From positions 352 to 64,351 of the forward strand of contig JAKBPE010000001.1 of the NCBI GenBank assembly GCA_021829835.1: a DNA stretch of 64,000 nt, written 5' to 3'. Source of the stretch: a bacterium (GTDB lineage: Archaea; Micrarchaeota; Micrarchaeia; Micrarchaeales; CABMGC01). This document shows, in pieces, positions 1 through 9,795 of the stretch. The translations under genes and the position numbers were made by a program. A model generated the notes under the pieces. The model worked only from the letters and a program-made list of their open reading frames with translations. It searched no databases and was not told the DNA's origin. Each line of letters opens with the position of its first letter. Within the stretch, counting starts at the first letter, position 1.

Positions 1-72
1 AAGCACGCATTGAAGCGAATTACAGATGCAGGATTCTGTTTATATGCACAGAAATACGATTCTAGGAATGGA

Positions 73-85
73 TTTATATATTATT
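73..85 (+). promoter_or_regulatory. TATA-box-like element (tttatatattatt) upstream of the tRNA at 105
   Basis: The AT-rich TTTATATA motif was read directly. Its centre lies about 26-28 nt before the tRNA 5' end, which fits archaeal TATA-to-start spacing. Confidence 0.35.
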
Positions 86-104
86 GGAGATATTGTTAAG
101 GCAG

Positions 105-217
105 GCAAGCGTAGTCTAGCCTGGTTAGGACTTTGGCCTTCCAGCTTTACTCTCGCGTTGTTTATGCAACGCAAAGGATGAGAGTCAAAAACCCGGGTTC
201 AAATCCCGGCGCTTGCA
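105..217 (+). tRNA. tRNA-Gly(UCC) with a 39-nt intron (144..182) at the canonical 37/38 position
   Basis: The 7-bp acceptor stem is perfect (GCAAGCG/CGCTTGC) with discriminator A. The D arm is GTCT/GGAC with a GG-containing loop. The anticodon stem is TTGGC/GTCAA, and the loop is CTTCCA + A after intron removal (anticodon TCC at 140-142). The T arm is CCGGG-TTCAAAT-CCCGG. Mature length is 74 nt. Confidence 0.7.
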
Positions 218-298
218 TATTTCGATTATCTCTTCACATGTCAGTTAGATGCAAGTAATAGTTATGGCTCCGCAGATGTTGGTGGCCTGCAGAGTTTA

Positions 299-1390
299 AT
301 GTTGTTTGACGTGATACCTCAAAATGCTTATTATTATATAGGTTTGAGATATTTTAGGTTTCAATACATGGATTTCAGTGAGTACATAAGCAGGCATAGG
401 GAGCAGATACGCCTGAAGATCTTTGAGTACTTTAGAGGAGAAGGACCTCCTGGCTATTCCGAAATAATCAGGGATTACTCAGAACGCCAGGGCAAATATG
501 TAAGGCCAGGATTGCTTATGATTACAGGACAGATGCTCGGTGCGAAGAGTGATGAGCTTATCATTCCCGCTGCCGCAATGCAACTTTCTGAAGATTGGAT
601 ACTGATACATGATGACATTGAAGATGACTCAGAGATGAGAAGAGGAAAACCGGCCCTGCATAAAATTTACGGCTGCGAGCATGCAATAAACGCAGGAGAC
701 GGCGCACATTTATTGATGTGGCAGATGCTTAGGGATTATCTTGAAGAGTACGGAATTAAAAAGGGGCTTAGTCTATTTGACATGTTTAGCAAAATTCTTA
801 CGGCTACAGTTGAAGGCCAATACCTTGATATAGATTTTGCAAAGAGGATAAAGGAAATAGGAAAAGCAGACGAGAAGATGTATTATGGAATAGTGGAGAG
901 AAAGACAAGCTGCTATAGCGTATACGGACCTATGCAGCTGGGGGCCACTGTAGCAGGAGCAGATCAGAAGATCCTTGATCTTTTCAAAAAAATAGGGATA
1001 GAGGCAGGAAACGCGTTCCAGATAATGGATGATGTGCTGGATTTTACAGCAGATGAAAAATCCTTCGGCAAGAAAAAATATGGAGATTTATATGAAGGCA
1101 AACTTACATTGATTGCACTCCATGCCTACAAGGAAGCATCAGCAGCAGAAAAAAGGAGAATCGATAAGATATTTGCAAAGAGCAAGAATTCCAAGACCAA
1201 TGAAGATATAGATTTCTTGATAGAGATGATAGAGAAGTATAAGAGTGCTGATTATGCATACTCTATTGCCATGAAGCATGGAGCCGAAGCAAAAAGAATT
1301 CTTGATGAAAACAGGAACATGCTTCCAGATAATGAGTTCAGAGGCATATTCGAGTCCTCAGTTTATTCGCTGTTTAATAGGAAGAAGTGA
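299..1390 (+). CDS. idsA: Polyprenyl (geranylgeranyl) diphosphate synthase; the true start is probably the Met at 368 (MDFSEY...)
   Basis: It has the first Asp-rich motif LIHDDIEDDSEMRRGKP and the second Asp-rich motif FQIMDDVLDF, typical of trans-isoprenyl diphosphate synthases. Confidence 0.85.
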   Translation: MLFDVIPQNAYYYIGLRYFRFQYMDFSEYISRHREQIRLKIFEYFRGEGPPGYSEIIRDYSERQGKYVRPGLLMITGQMLGAKSDELIIPAAAMQLSEDWILIHDDIEDDSEMRRGKPALHKIYGCEHAINAGDGAHLLMWQMLRDYLEEYGIKKGLSLFDMFSKILTATVEGQYLDIDFAKRIKEIGKADEKMYYGIVERKTSCYSVYGPMQLGATVAGADQKILDLFKKIGIEAGNAFQIMDDVLDFTADEKSFGKKKYGDLYEGKLTLIALHAYKEASAAEKRRIDKIFAKSKNSKTNEDIDFLIEMIEKYKSADYAYSIAMKHGAEAKRILDENRNMLPDNEFRGIFESSVYSLFNRKK

Positions 1391-1451
1391 ATTCCATAAA
1401 ATGCTGTTGAAAACAAGAAATAGATCCAGATTGAAATGTAGTTGAATAGAA

Positions 1452-1569
1452 ATGCCAAACAGCAACAAGCTTTTCCACCCATCGGGCAGTATTTCTTATC
1501 GTGAAGAGGCTTAGCTTCCGAGTTCGGAATGGGTTCGGGCGTTTCACTCTTCCTATGGCCGTTTGACAT
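1452..1569 (-). rRNA. rrf: 5S ribosomal RNA, solitary (no 16S/23S in the window)
   Basis: The reverse complement reads ...GGCCATAGGAAGAGTGAAACGCCCGAACCCATTCCGAACTCGGAAGCTAAGCCTCTTCACGATAAGAAATACTGCCCGATGGGTGGAAAAGC.... This contains the conserved 5S core CCGAACTCGGAAGCTAAGC. A terminal 12-bp helix I pairs ATGTCAAACGGC with GCTGTTTGGCAT, including two G-U pairs. Confidence 0.88.
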
Positions 1570-1597
1570 AAATGATTATTCAGGAAAAATATATAAA

Positions 1598-2155
1598 CTA
1601 TTTGGATTTGAGTCTGGAGTAATATAATATGCTGCTTATTGTTTTGGCATCGCAGATCTGATTATGCATTATCATATGCTGGGCTTTCTCAAGGCTAACC
1701 TTTATGGTGGTTATGACCTCATCGGTTTCCCTTGAGATCTTCTTCTGCTCTAAGTTTTCCGCAAGAAAAACATGCAGAAACTGGGTGAAGCTTCCTGGAG
1801 CCTCGAATATCCCAAACATGCGTTTGAGTTTTTTAGGATAGTAACCTGTCTCTTCCTCCAGCTCTCTTCTGGCTGCTTGCACTGGGGTCTCTCCTTTGTC
1901 TATGTGGCCTGCAGGTATCTCATAAAGATATCTTTCCAACGGATGCCTATACTGTCTTTCTATTATTATACGTCCGTCATCCAGAATGGGAAGAATAGCG
2001 ACAGCGTCGTGGCCTACGACCCTGGCAAATTTAGTGCCTGTATTGGGAAGCCTCCATTCTTCAACATTGAAGATAGGTCCCCTATATGCTATTTTTTTCC
2101 TGCTTGCAGTTTTATTTTTGCTATTTCCCAGAAGAATCACCTTTTGTCTGCTCAT
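1598..2155 (-). CDS. NUDIX hydrolase (ADP-ribose pyrophosphatase-like)
   Basis: Nudix box: GHIDKGETPVQAARRELEEETGY (GX5EX7REUXEEXGU). Confidence 0.85.
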   Translation of the reverse strand: MSRQKVILLGNSKNKTASRKKIAYRGPIFNVEEWRLPNTGTKFARVVGHDAVAILPILDDGRIIIERQYRHPLERYLYEIPAGHIDKGETPVQAARRELEEETGYYPKKLKRMFGIFEAPGSFTQFLHVFLAENLEQKKISRETDEVITTIKVSLEKAQHMIMHNQICDAKTISSILYYSRLKSK

Positions 2156-2822
2156 ATCCCTGGATGTATATGTCTGAGGATAGTTTTCTGCGCGATACGC
2201 TGTGAAGAATTACCTTCCCCTTTCCATTGAATTTTGCAAGAAAGAGGCCTACCCCACCAAACATCGCAGTCCTTATATTATCGACAAATGTTATTTTGTA
2301 GCTCAGGCCTCCTGAAAAACCTGCTATGTGTCCGGGGTCTACTTCCAGAGGGATAGTGCCGTCAAGGTCATATTCGACTATGTCACCGACAACATGCAAG
2401 AATACAGTACCAGGCCCTACAAACTTCTGGAGTATCAAGCCTGCTCCTCCAAAGAACGCCGCGCCTAAGCCTATTGTTTCCATGGTAAATTTAACGCTGT
2501 CAGTTGCTGCCAGAAATGCATAATCCTCAGATACGAAGACCTCTCCTTCTCCAAGGGTTATGGCGCGTATCTTGCCAGGCATTATTCCTGAAAGGGAGAC
2601 AGAACACCTTCCCGTTTCTGCTGTAAAGACAGTAAGCATTGCTGTGGCTCCGGTCACTTTTCGCTCTATTGCGCTGACTAGGCCTCCTACAAGCCTCGGC
2701 TCCATCTTTATCTTTTCGCTCTTGCTCACGAGCTTTCCCGAATCGGCATATATCTTTTCGCCTTCATTGAGGTGGATTGATACTGCCTGCATTGACCCGC
2801 CGAGTATAGTGTAGTCCATCAT
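2121..2822 (-). CDS. AIM24/DUF124 (TIGR00266) family protein
   Basis: The 233-aa length and beta-rich sequence (SGKLVS..., GPGTVFL..., GKGKVILHS) resemble the DUF124 family. A 4-nt overlap with the gatE stop suggests one operon. Confidence 0.55.
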   Translation of the reverse strand: MMDYTILGGSMQAVSIHLNEGEKIYADSGKLVSKSEKIKMEPRLVGGLVSAIERKVTGATAMLTVFTAETGRCSVSLSGIMPGKIRAITLGEGEVFVSEDYAFLAATDSVKFTMETIGLGAAFFGGAGLILQKFVGPGTVFLHVVGDIVEYDLDGTIPLEVDPGHIAGFSGGLSYKITFVDNIRTAMFGGVGLFLAKFNGKGKVILHSVSRRKLSSDIYIQGYEQTKGDSSGK

Positions 2823-4660
2823 GATCCCATGTTTTTGATTGCTTCCTGCAGTTCTTCGCCGTCTACTATAAGGCGGTATTTGGACATTACCTCACGTATT
2901 ATCTCGTTGCGCGGCTTATCCTTAAGGTGAAGCACAAGACGCTTTAGCTCTGCCTTGTGCATCCTTAAGAGGTTTCTCTCTTTTATTATTCGGTCAACTT
3001 CCCATCTCTCTTTTGGAGATGACTTGAGTATCTCCTCTATGCCTAGCTTTGTTATCTTTTTCTTAACATAGTTTGAAAAGATGTACTCCAAGGAATCTAG
3101 GCTTATCGAGTCTACGTTGACTCCGGAGCGGCTGAGCTCCCTGAACTTCTCCAAGAGCACAGATGCTACAAGTATGGGTTCCACATCTATTCTGCCTATT
3201 ATCTCTTCATATGCGGATAACTCCTTTGACCAGAGCATCTGCTCTGCAATCTGCTTGTTCCTTATCTCATGCTCAAGTTTTTTCCTTATCCCTTCTATAT
3301 CTATTTTTTTATCATTGAGTTTTTTAGCCATCTTCTTTGTCTCTGCGGGAAGGGCATCGGTTTCAGGATACATTCTCAGACCTCCGGGGATAGGCCTTAG
3401 GAATCTTGTAGTCTTGTTCTTTGAGTTTGCGGCTCTTGTTTCTGCCGGCACTCCGTCTATTGCCATCTTGGCGCGCATCAATGCAAATTCTATAGCCTTT
3501 TCGCATCGTTCCTTTCTCTCTGCAACAAGAACGAATGAATCATTTTCCCCAAGAGCTAAAGCATCCTTTATGCCCTCGAGCTCAATCTTTGAAATCTTGT
3601 AGTTTTCCAGATTTTCATCGCTGTGGATTATGCCCTTCACTTCTGCAGTCTTTGCATACTCGCTTATCTCGCTTCCTAGCCTTGTCATGGGCCCTATCTC
3701 CAAGCCTATAAGTCCTTTGAAGCCTTCCAGCTTAGCGCCGAGCACAGAGCCACCCTGCCAGACGTAATCTGAGAGAATCTTCGCTTCCGTATGCTTGAAT
3801 ATTCTGGTAAGGTCTACAGGTTTTCCTACTGAGGCATTGCGCTTTTTCAGCTCTTCGGAGATTTCTATGAGCTTCTTCTGCCTTTCAACCTCATTCTCTA
3901 TTATCTCATCCATTGAGTCTATGTCCTGGAAACCCTTGATCTCTATCCTTGCTCCGTTTCTTATTGATATGTTGACATCCTGCCTTATCGAGCCTATTCC
4001 TCTCTGGACCTTTTTCGTAAGCCTTAAGAGGAGGCCTATCTTCATCGCTATCTTTTTGGCATCCTGCGGGGTGGGTATGACAGGATCAGTATCCACCTCT
4101 ATCAGAGGTATTCCCAGTCTATCTACACCATATACAACCTCGCTTGCAGAGTTGTGCAGTATTGAGCTTGATTCCTCTTCAAGGAATACTGAAGGTATTG
4201 GAATCTTCATTCCGTCTACCTCTATCTCGCCTTCATACCCACAGAGCATTGTACGCTGGAATGAGCTGGGATCGCTTCCGTCAACCACGCTTTTGCGCAT
4301 CGGCTCTATCTCATCTGGGATATAACAATCAAAAGATTTGGAGATAAGCATTGCTGTTTCAAGCGCATCGTTGTTGAGATTGCCTGGAGGTTCTTCATCC
4401 AGATCTACCAGGCAGGTCGATTCCCTGTATGCATGATATATGAATTTCCTTTCTTTCTGGCTTTCGAATTTTGTAGAGCTGTCAATAAACCCCAGCTCTC
4501 CGGCAACAGCCCTCTGCCTCCTCTCTATTGTCTTTATTGTGTTTTCATTAGTCAGGCTGGTATTGCAGTTGCAGTATAATTTTGTCTCTGTCTCAAGCCT
4601 CTGGTGTATCTCAAGACCACATTTGAATCCCAATTTTGAGTAGTAATCCTTCTCTTTCAT
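2819..4660 (-). CDS. gatE: Glutamyl-tRNA(Gln) amidotransferase subunit E
   Basis: It is 613 aa with the N-terminus GFKCGLEIHQRLET..KLYCNC (GatB/E core). It sits directly downstream of gatD. Confidence 0.92.
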   Translation of the reverse strand: MKEKDYYSKLGFKCGLEIHQRLETETKLYCNCNTSLTNENTIKTIERRQRAVAGELGFIDSSTKFESQKERKFIYHAYRESTCLVDLDEEPPGNLNNDALETAMLISKSFDCYIPDEIEPMRKSVVDGSDPSSFQRTMLCGYEGEIEVDGMKIPIPSVFLEEESSSILHNSASEVVYGVDRLGIPLIEVDTDPVIPTPQDAKKIAMKIGLLLRLTKKVQRGIGSIRQDVNISIRNGARIEIKGFQDIDSMDEIIENEVERQKKLIEISEELKKRNASVGKPVDLTRIFKHTEAKILSDYVWQGGSVLGAKLEGFKGLIGLEIGPMTRLGSEISEYAKTAEVKGIIHSDENLENYKISKIELEGIKDALALGENDSFVLVAERKERCEKAIEFALMRAKMAIDGVPAETRAANSKNKTTRFLRPIPGGLRMYPETDALPAETKKMAKKLNDKKIDIEGIRKKLEHEIRNKQIAEQMLWSKELSAYEEIIGRIDVEPILVASVLLEKFRELSRSGVNVDSISLDSLEYIFSNYVKKKITKLGIEEILKSSPKERWEVDRIIKERNLLRMHKAELKRLVLHLKDKPRNEIIREVMSKYRLIVDGEELQEAIKNMGS

Positions 4661-6013
4661 CTATTCACCGAACCAGTCAGCCTCGCTCTTCCTGCTTATC
4701 TCCCCTGCTATGTTTTGTGAAAGGAGCGTTTCTGCCTCATCTTTCTTATAATTTCCAAGAAGCCATCCGAGCTTTACATATGCAACTTCTGGTATCATGT
4801 CCTCACAAAACAGCCCTCCTGCTTTCTTGATCAGCCTAAGATTCCTGTATACCTTGTCATTCACCCTGCCGTTTATGCATTGTGATGTCATCCCTACAAT
4901 CATACCAGAATCAACAGCAGATTCTATGTGGCCAAGCCAGTTGAATCCGGGATAAGGCGTGGACACAGGAGCATGCCCCAATCCTGTTCCTTCTATTATT
5001 ACTCCTTTGTATCCTTTTCCTGAATAGTACTCAAGTATTCCAGGATCTGAATTAGGATGGACTTTTATGAGAGCAACCTTTGGCTCAAATCCGGTCATCA
5101 GCTTTGTCTTTTCATCGTTGCCCACTACTTTTGAATAATCTCCCATGTAGGTTATCTTTCCTTCGTAGCTTACGCTTGCTATCGGCCTGCTGTTTATAGG
5201 CTGAAAGGCATCTCTTCTGGAAGTATGCATTTTTCTGACTTTTGTGCCTCTGATCACATTGCAATATCTGTCCGAGGTAGTTGCGTGCATGCATATGCTT
5301 ACCTCTGCAATGTCACTTTCGGCTGCAACTCTTGTACCGGCAACTATATTCATGAAGGCATCGCTTGAGCCCCTGTCTGAACTCCTCTGGGATCCTACAA
5401 TCACAACAGGCCCTCTCAGATCCTTAAGCATGAAGCTCAAAGCGGCTGATGTGTAATGCATTGTGTCTGTGCCATGGGTTATTACAACACCTTTGGCACC
5501 ATCATTCAGAGAATCTGCAACTGCCTTGGCTATCTTCTGCCATTCCAGATAAGACATATCCTCGCTGGCTATGCTCATGAGATTGTTGAGTCTGAGATTT
5601 GCTATGCCTGCTATTTCAGGAACGCTGTCAAGAAGTTCTTCAGGCTTGGTCAGCATGTATACCCCTCCTGTTGCATAATCAACTTTGCTCCCTATTGTCC
5701 CTCCAGTATAGATTAGATCTACCTTATTCAGGTTAGGATTGAATTTCTTTGCAGGTTGGCTTACGTTTTCATTTTTTATAGTTTTTGAATGGCCTTCCTT
5801 ATCTTCAATTTTTTCAAGTTTTGAGTCGAGAGATAGTTTTAAACCTATGTTGTAACCGTTGTCAAGCTTTATTATGAGCACATTAGGATCTCCAGAATCC
5901 GGCCTTGGCATTAGGATTCCTTCGAATTTTCTCTTTCCTGAAGTGAGTCTGAGCCTGTCTCCCGGGAAGATGCCTGCAGTTTCCAACATTCTCTTTACTA
6001 CTTCAGAATACAT
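4661..6013 (-). CDS. gatD: Glutamyl-tRNA(Gln) amidotransferase subunit D (asparaginase-like)
   Basis: It has the asparaginase motifs TGGTIGS and THGTDTM, is 450 aa, and abuts the gatE start. Confidence 0.92.
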   Translation of the reverse strand: MYSEVVKRMLETAGIFPGDRLRLTSGKRKFEGILMPRPDSGDPNVLIIKLDNGYNIGLKLSLDSKLEKIEDKEGHSKTIKNENVSQPAKKFNPNLNKVDLIYTGGTIGSKVDYATGGVYMLTKPEELLDSVPEIAGIANLRLNNLMSIASEDMSYLEWQKIAKAVADSLNDGAKGVVITHGTDTMHYTSAALSFMLKDLRGPVVIVGSQRSSDRGSSDAFMNIVAGTRVAAESDIAEVSICMHATTSDRYCNVIRGTKVRKMHTSRRDAFQPINSRPIASVSYEGKITYMGDYSKVVGNDEKTKLMTGFEPKVALIKVHPNSDPGILEYYSGKGYKGVIIEGTGLGHAPVSTPYPGFNWLGHIESAVDSGMIVGMTSQCINGRVNDKVYRNLRLIKKAGGLFCEDMIPEVAYVKLGWLLGNYKKDEAETLLSQNIAGEISRKSEADWFGE

Positions 6014-6153
6014 ACTTTATGCATATGTTAATTCTCTTTAAATTACTTTTGCTGTTTGAAATTTTTTATGTGGAATTTCCGATTTGGCAGATGGCGGTAA
6101 TTCTATTCGGAGATATGCAAAGTTAGTTTGCCTTCCCAAGGTTTAAGCAGATG

Positions 6154-7452
6154 TCAGGTCTCTCTTTTCTGGCCTATTATGCATGCATAGGAATTCCCGG
6201 TTATCTTGACATTTATCCATTTTCCGAGATCAGACTTCTCAGCGTCTAAGACAGCGACAGGAATGTATGATGCAGTTCTTCCCGTGATTGACTTTCCTGA
6301 TGATTCTGTTAATAGCACCATTACATTTTTATTCAGATACGAAGAGAAATTTTCATGCTGCATTTTTTTGACTGTTCTTGAGAGGCTCAGGCTTCTTGCT
6401 TTTATTGTATCTCCTTTGGTTTGTTTTAGTTTTGCTGCATTTGCATGCGGCCTTGCCCCAAATTTGGATATGTTAGTTATGGTTATCCTAAGCCTATCCA
6501 GCAGTTTAAATGTAGCCTTAAAGTCGTTAATTGTCTCCCCTGGGTATCCCACTATAACATCGGTAGCTATGCACATCTCAGGAAATTTTAAACGTATGGC
6601 TTTTATATATTCTTCAAATTCTTTGACAGTGTATCTTCTGCCCATAGCCTGCAGTATCTTATCGCTGCCTGACTGCACAGGAAGATGGATAAATTTATAG
6701 ACCTTTTCTGATTTGTATGCATTAAGAAGTCTGTCAAGATATTTGTGGAGATGCTCCGGATTAAGCATTCCTACACGTATCATGAAATCTCCATTTATCT
6801 TGCTTGCTTTTTCCAACAACTCGGCTATGTCTGTGCCCCTGTCTGCACCATATGCGCCTATGTCCTGGGAGGTGAGTTCAATCTCTTTCGAACCTTTCCT
6901 TACATTTAGGTCTATTGCTTTGAGTATGAGTTTTTCTGAAAAGCTGTTGAGAGGACCTCTTGCAAATTTAGTCTCACAGAAAGAGCAGGAGCTTAGGCAT
7001 CCTTCGCTTATAGGTATTCTTGCAATTGTCAATCCAAAATCAGGTATATTCAGGGATTTGTCAGTATGGCTATTGCCTTCATAATGTACTCTCCCGTTTT
7101 CTTTTATTGAAGTTAGGGCATCGAATACTTTGGAAGTATTTCCGGTAGAGATTATGCTTGCCGAAGGAACAGCATTCTCTATGAGGTCAGGATTCGCGCT
7201 TGCCATGCATCCTGTTATGACCAGTCTTTTGCCGAGATGGTTCAGGCTTTTTAGCCTCTCGATTATCTTCTGCTCGGTGGCCTTCTTCACAGTGCACGTG
7301 TTGATTATTACAAAATCATAGTCATTTTTTAGATCTTGGTCATATTTGCCGTGTTCGACTAGGATTTCCTTCTTGGAGAGAATTCCTTCGATCATGTCGC
7401 TGTCTGCATGATTGAGCGTGCATCCGTATGTCTCAATTAGCACTTTTTCCAT
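6154..7452 (-). CDS. Radical-SAM methylthiotransferase (MiaB/MtaB/CDKAL1-like tRNA modification enzyme)
   Basis: It has the N-terminal MTTase motif ETYGCTLNHADS and the radical SAM cluster motif CLSSCSFCETKFARG. The C-terminal region is TRAM-like. Confidence 0.85.
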   Translation of the reverse strand: MEKVLIETYGCTLNHADSDMIEGILSKKEILVEHGKYDQDLKNDYDFVIINTCTVKKATEQKIIERLKSLNHLGKRLVITGCMASANPDLIENAVPSASIISTGNTSKVFDALTSIKENGRVHYEGNSHTDKSLNIPDFGLTIARIPISEGCLSSCSFCETKFARGPLNSFSEKLILKAIDLNVRKGSKEIELTSQDIGAYGADRGTDIAELLEKASKINGDFMIRVGMLNPEHLHKYLDRLLNAYKSEKVYKFIHLPVQSGSDKILQAMGRRYTVKEFEEYIKAIRLKFPEMCIATDVIVGYPGETINDFKATFKLLDRLRITITNISKFGARPHANAAKLKQTKGDTIKARSLSLSRTVKKMQHENFSSYLNKNVMVLLTESSGKSITGRTASYIPVAVLDAEKSDLGKWINVKITGNSYACIIGQKRET

Positions 7453-7535
7453 TTGGCATTACCGAGATATTAATAGTGCTTCAGATTTAAAAATAGTCAG
7501 GATAATTCGTGCTAAATCCACAATATGTTTTTCTT

Positions 7536-8300
7536 TTACTCCTTTACCATTCGGCTTCTTATTATTCTTTCTAATTTTGCACCGAATTCCTCGCGGTATT
7601 TTTTAAAGCGGATGACATTGAGTTCTTTTTCTGATAGCTTTACAGCGAATGTGTCTCCCGGATGTAGGGTTGCCACTTCTATCCCATCATACCTTAATCT
7701 GCCATTATACTTGATTATTTCTATCTCTATCTGACGTTTTGGGCCTGCTATTAAAGGGCTCCTATATGGGCCGTCTACATTTATCGGGGTTATGCAGAAG
7801 ACATCAGGATCCATTATTATAGGACCTCCTGCCGACTTGTTGTATGCGGTCGAGCCTACAAGGCTGGCCATTAATACTCCATCCCCACTCATAACAAAAG
7901 GGTATATCTCCTTCCTGTTTTTCTTATAGGTTTCATATATCTTAAAGCTTACTTCCTCTCGCTCGTTAGTCATTACTGCCTCGTTTACAACATAGTATCT
8001 CTTATTCTTGTATTCGAGTTCCATCTTGTTTCCCAGCTTTTCTATCGAGTAATCCCCTTCCTTCAGTTTTTCTATCGCGTAGTCTATCTCGTTTAGGCTT
8101 ATGTCAGAGTAATAACCTATACTGCCCTTGTCAAAACTTCTTATAGGAAGTATAGGCCCTTCAAATTCCCTTGCTGCTTTTGTGAATGTCCCATCGCCGC
8201 CTACTGCAATGCAGATGTCTCCTTTAGGCCCTGTCTTGAACGCTTTTCTTATCTTTGATATCTCGGGATATTCCTTTTTTGCAAATATTGTCACTTTCAT
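7536..8300 (-). CDS. nadK: NAD kinase
   Basis: It carries the GGDGT motif (IAVGGDGTFTKAA) and is 254 aa. Its start overlaps the lpd stop by 1 nt. Confidence 0.85.
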   Translation of the reverse strand: MKVTIFAKKEYPEISKIRKAFKTGPKGDICIAVGGDGTFTKAAREFEGPILPIRSFDKGSIGYYSDISLNEIDYAIEKLKEGDYSIEKLGNKMELEYKNKRYYVVNEAVMTNEREEVSFKIYETYKKNRKEIYPFVMSGDGVLMASLVGSTAYNKSAGGPIIMDPDVFCITPINVDGPYRSPLIAGPKRQIEIEIIKYNGRLRYDGIEVATLHPGDTFAVKLSEKELNVIRFKKYREEFGAKLERIIRSRMVKE

Positions 8301-9673
8301 TAATTACCCCTCTTTTCTCTTCCGTAAAAGAAGTGCAGCGGCCTGCCTAAGGCAGCTTCAGCCGCTTCCTGGATTCCCTCGCTGTATGTAGGATGCGGAT
8401 GTATGGTATCTGCAATGTCCTCCAGCGTTGCGCCCATCTCTATTGCAAGTGCGGCCTCAGCTATCATGGAATTCGCATCATCTGAGACTATCTCAATGCC
8501 TTCTATCAGATCATTGGAATCATATGCAACTTTAACAAAGCCTTTTGTGCGGTTCAGCGCAACTGCCCTTCCCAGAGCAGTAAGTGGAAATTTTTTAACT
8601 GACAATCCTTCCCCGGATATTCTGCCAGCTATAGCTATCTCAGGATCCGAGAATATGACAGAAGGTATGACTATATTGTCAAAACCCGAAGATTTTCCTG
8701 CAGCAACCTCTCCTGCGACTACTCCTTGGCGTATAGCTTTATGGGCAAGCATAGGCTCGCCTACGACATCACCTATAGCTAATATGTTCGGGTCTGTAGT
8801 CCTCATCGCACTGTCTGTGGATATAAATCCTTTACCATCGATTGAGACTTTGGTGTTTTCGAGACCTAGCCCTTTTGTGTAAGGATGGAGGCCTATGGCT
8901 ACTACGATTATATCTGCAGGAATGCTCTTACCATCACTCAGAGTTACAGAGTTTTCAGTATGTGATACAGGTTCGCTGTTTTTATGTATCTCTATGCCTA
9001 GAGATTCCATCCTTGAGACAACCAGTTCAGTGGCTTCGGGATCAAAATGTGACAAGACCCCAGACCTTGCTATTATATGCACTTTTGTGCCAAGCTTTGC
9101 ATATAGAGTTGCAGTCTCTACAGCGACATATCCTGCACCTATTATGGCCATTGTTTTAGGTATTATGTCTAGAGAAAGAGCAGTCTTATAGTCAATTATA
9201 TTTCCGCCGTATTCGAACCCTTTTAGCACGGAAGGCTCAGATCCTGTTGCAATTATAGCCTTCCCGAATTCCAGAGTTCTTCCGTCTGTAAGCTGGAGTT
9301 CATTTGACGAAACAAATACGGCCTCAGCCTTTGCTACTTCAATTTGGTTGGATTTGCATAGGAATGCCACGCCTTCTTCCAGTTTTTTTGAGACTGAAAT
9401 CCTCCAATCGTACATCTTTTTAGGATCTATTGACAAGGTACCAGAAATACCGAATTCTTCCGCGTGCTGTGCGCTGTAAAATAAATCAGCTATATGAATA
9501 AGTGTTTTAGATGGTATGCAGGCATAATTAAGGCAGTGGCCCCCGAGTTTATTCTTTTCTATCAACGTTACGCTCTTGCCGATTTGTGATGCTCTTATTG
9601 CTGCGACATAACCGCCCACGCCGCCACCTATCACTGCAATGTCTACTTCTTCAGGTATAGATCCCATTACCAT
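8300..9673 (-). CDS. lpd: Dihydrolipoyl dehydrogenase / pyridine nucleotide-disulfide oxidoreductase
   Basis: It has the FAD fold GGGVGGYVAAIRA, the redox disulfide GGHCLNYACIPSK and the C-terminal HPHPTYSE dimer-interface motif. Confidence 0.88.
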   Translation of the reverse strand: MVMGSIPEEVDIAVIGGGVGGYVAAIRASQIGKSVTLIEKNKLGGHCLNYACIPSKTLIHIADLFYSAQHAEEFGISGTLSIDPKKMYDWRISVSKKLEEGVAFLCKSNQIEVAKAEAVFVSSNELQLTDGRTLEFGKAIIATGSEPSVLKGFEYGGNIIDYKTALSLDIIPKTMAIIGAGYVAVETATLYAKLGTKVHIIARSGVLSHFDPEATELVVSRMESLGIEIHKNSEPVSHTENSVTLSDGKSIPADIIVVAIGLHPYTKGLGLENTKVSIDGKGFISTDSAMRTTDPNILAIGDVVGEPMLAHKAIRQGVVAGEVAAGKSSGFDNIVIPSVIFSDPEIAIAGRISGEGLSVKKFPLTALGRAVALNRTKGFVKVAYDSNDLIEGIEIVSDDANSMIAEAALAIEMGATLEDIADTIHPHPTYSEGIQEAAEAALGRPLHFFYGREKRGN

Positions 9674-9795
9674 AGAAACAGGAATAGTTGAAACTCCAGT
9701 AATAAATAATTATCGTAGATTTTTTGATGATAAAAAAAATTTGCATAGCCTCCCGCATCCCGAGTAGTCGGTTTTCATTTCGGAAATAGATGATT

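Noticed and set aside
299-367. N-terminal 23-codon extension of the idsA ORF (MLFDVIPQNAYYYIGLRYFRFQY)
   Set aside because: It is unlike polyprenyl synthase N-termini and AT-rich like promoter sequence. The Met at 368 gives a conventional start. I kept the ORF coordinates but flagged the likely start.
1363-1569. 68-aa minus-strand ORF downstream of idsA
   Set aside because: It coincides with the 5S rRNA gene, and the Cys-rich translation is an artefact of reading structured RNA sequence.
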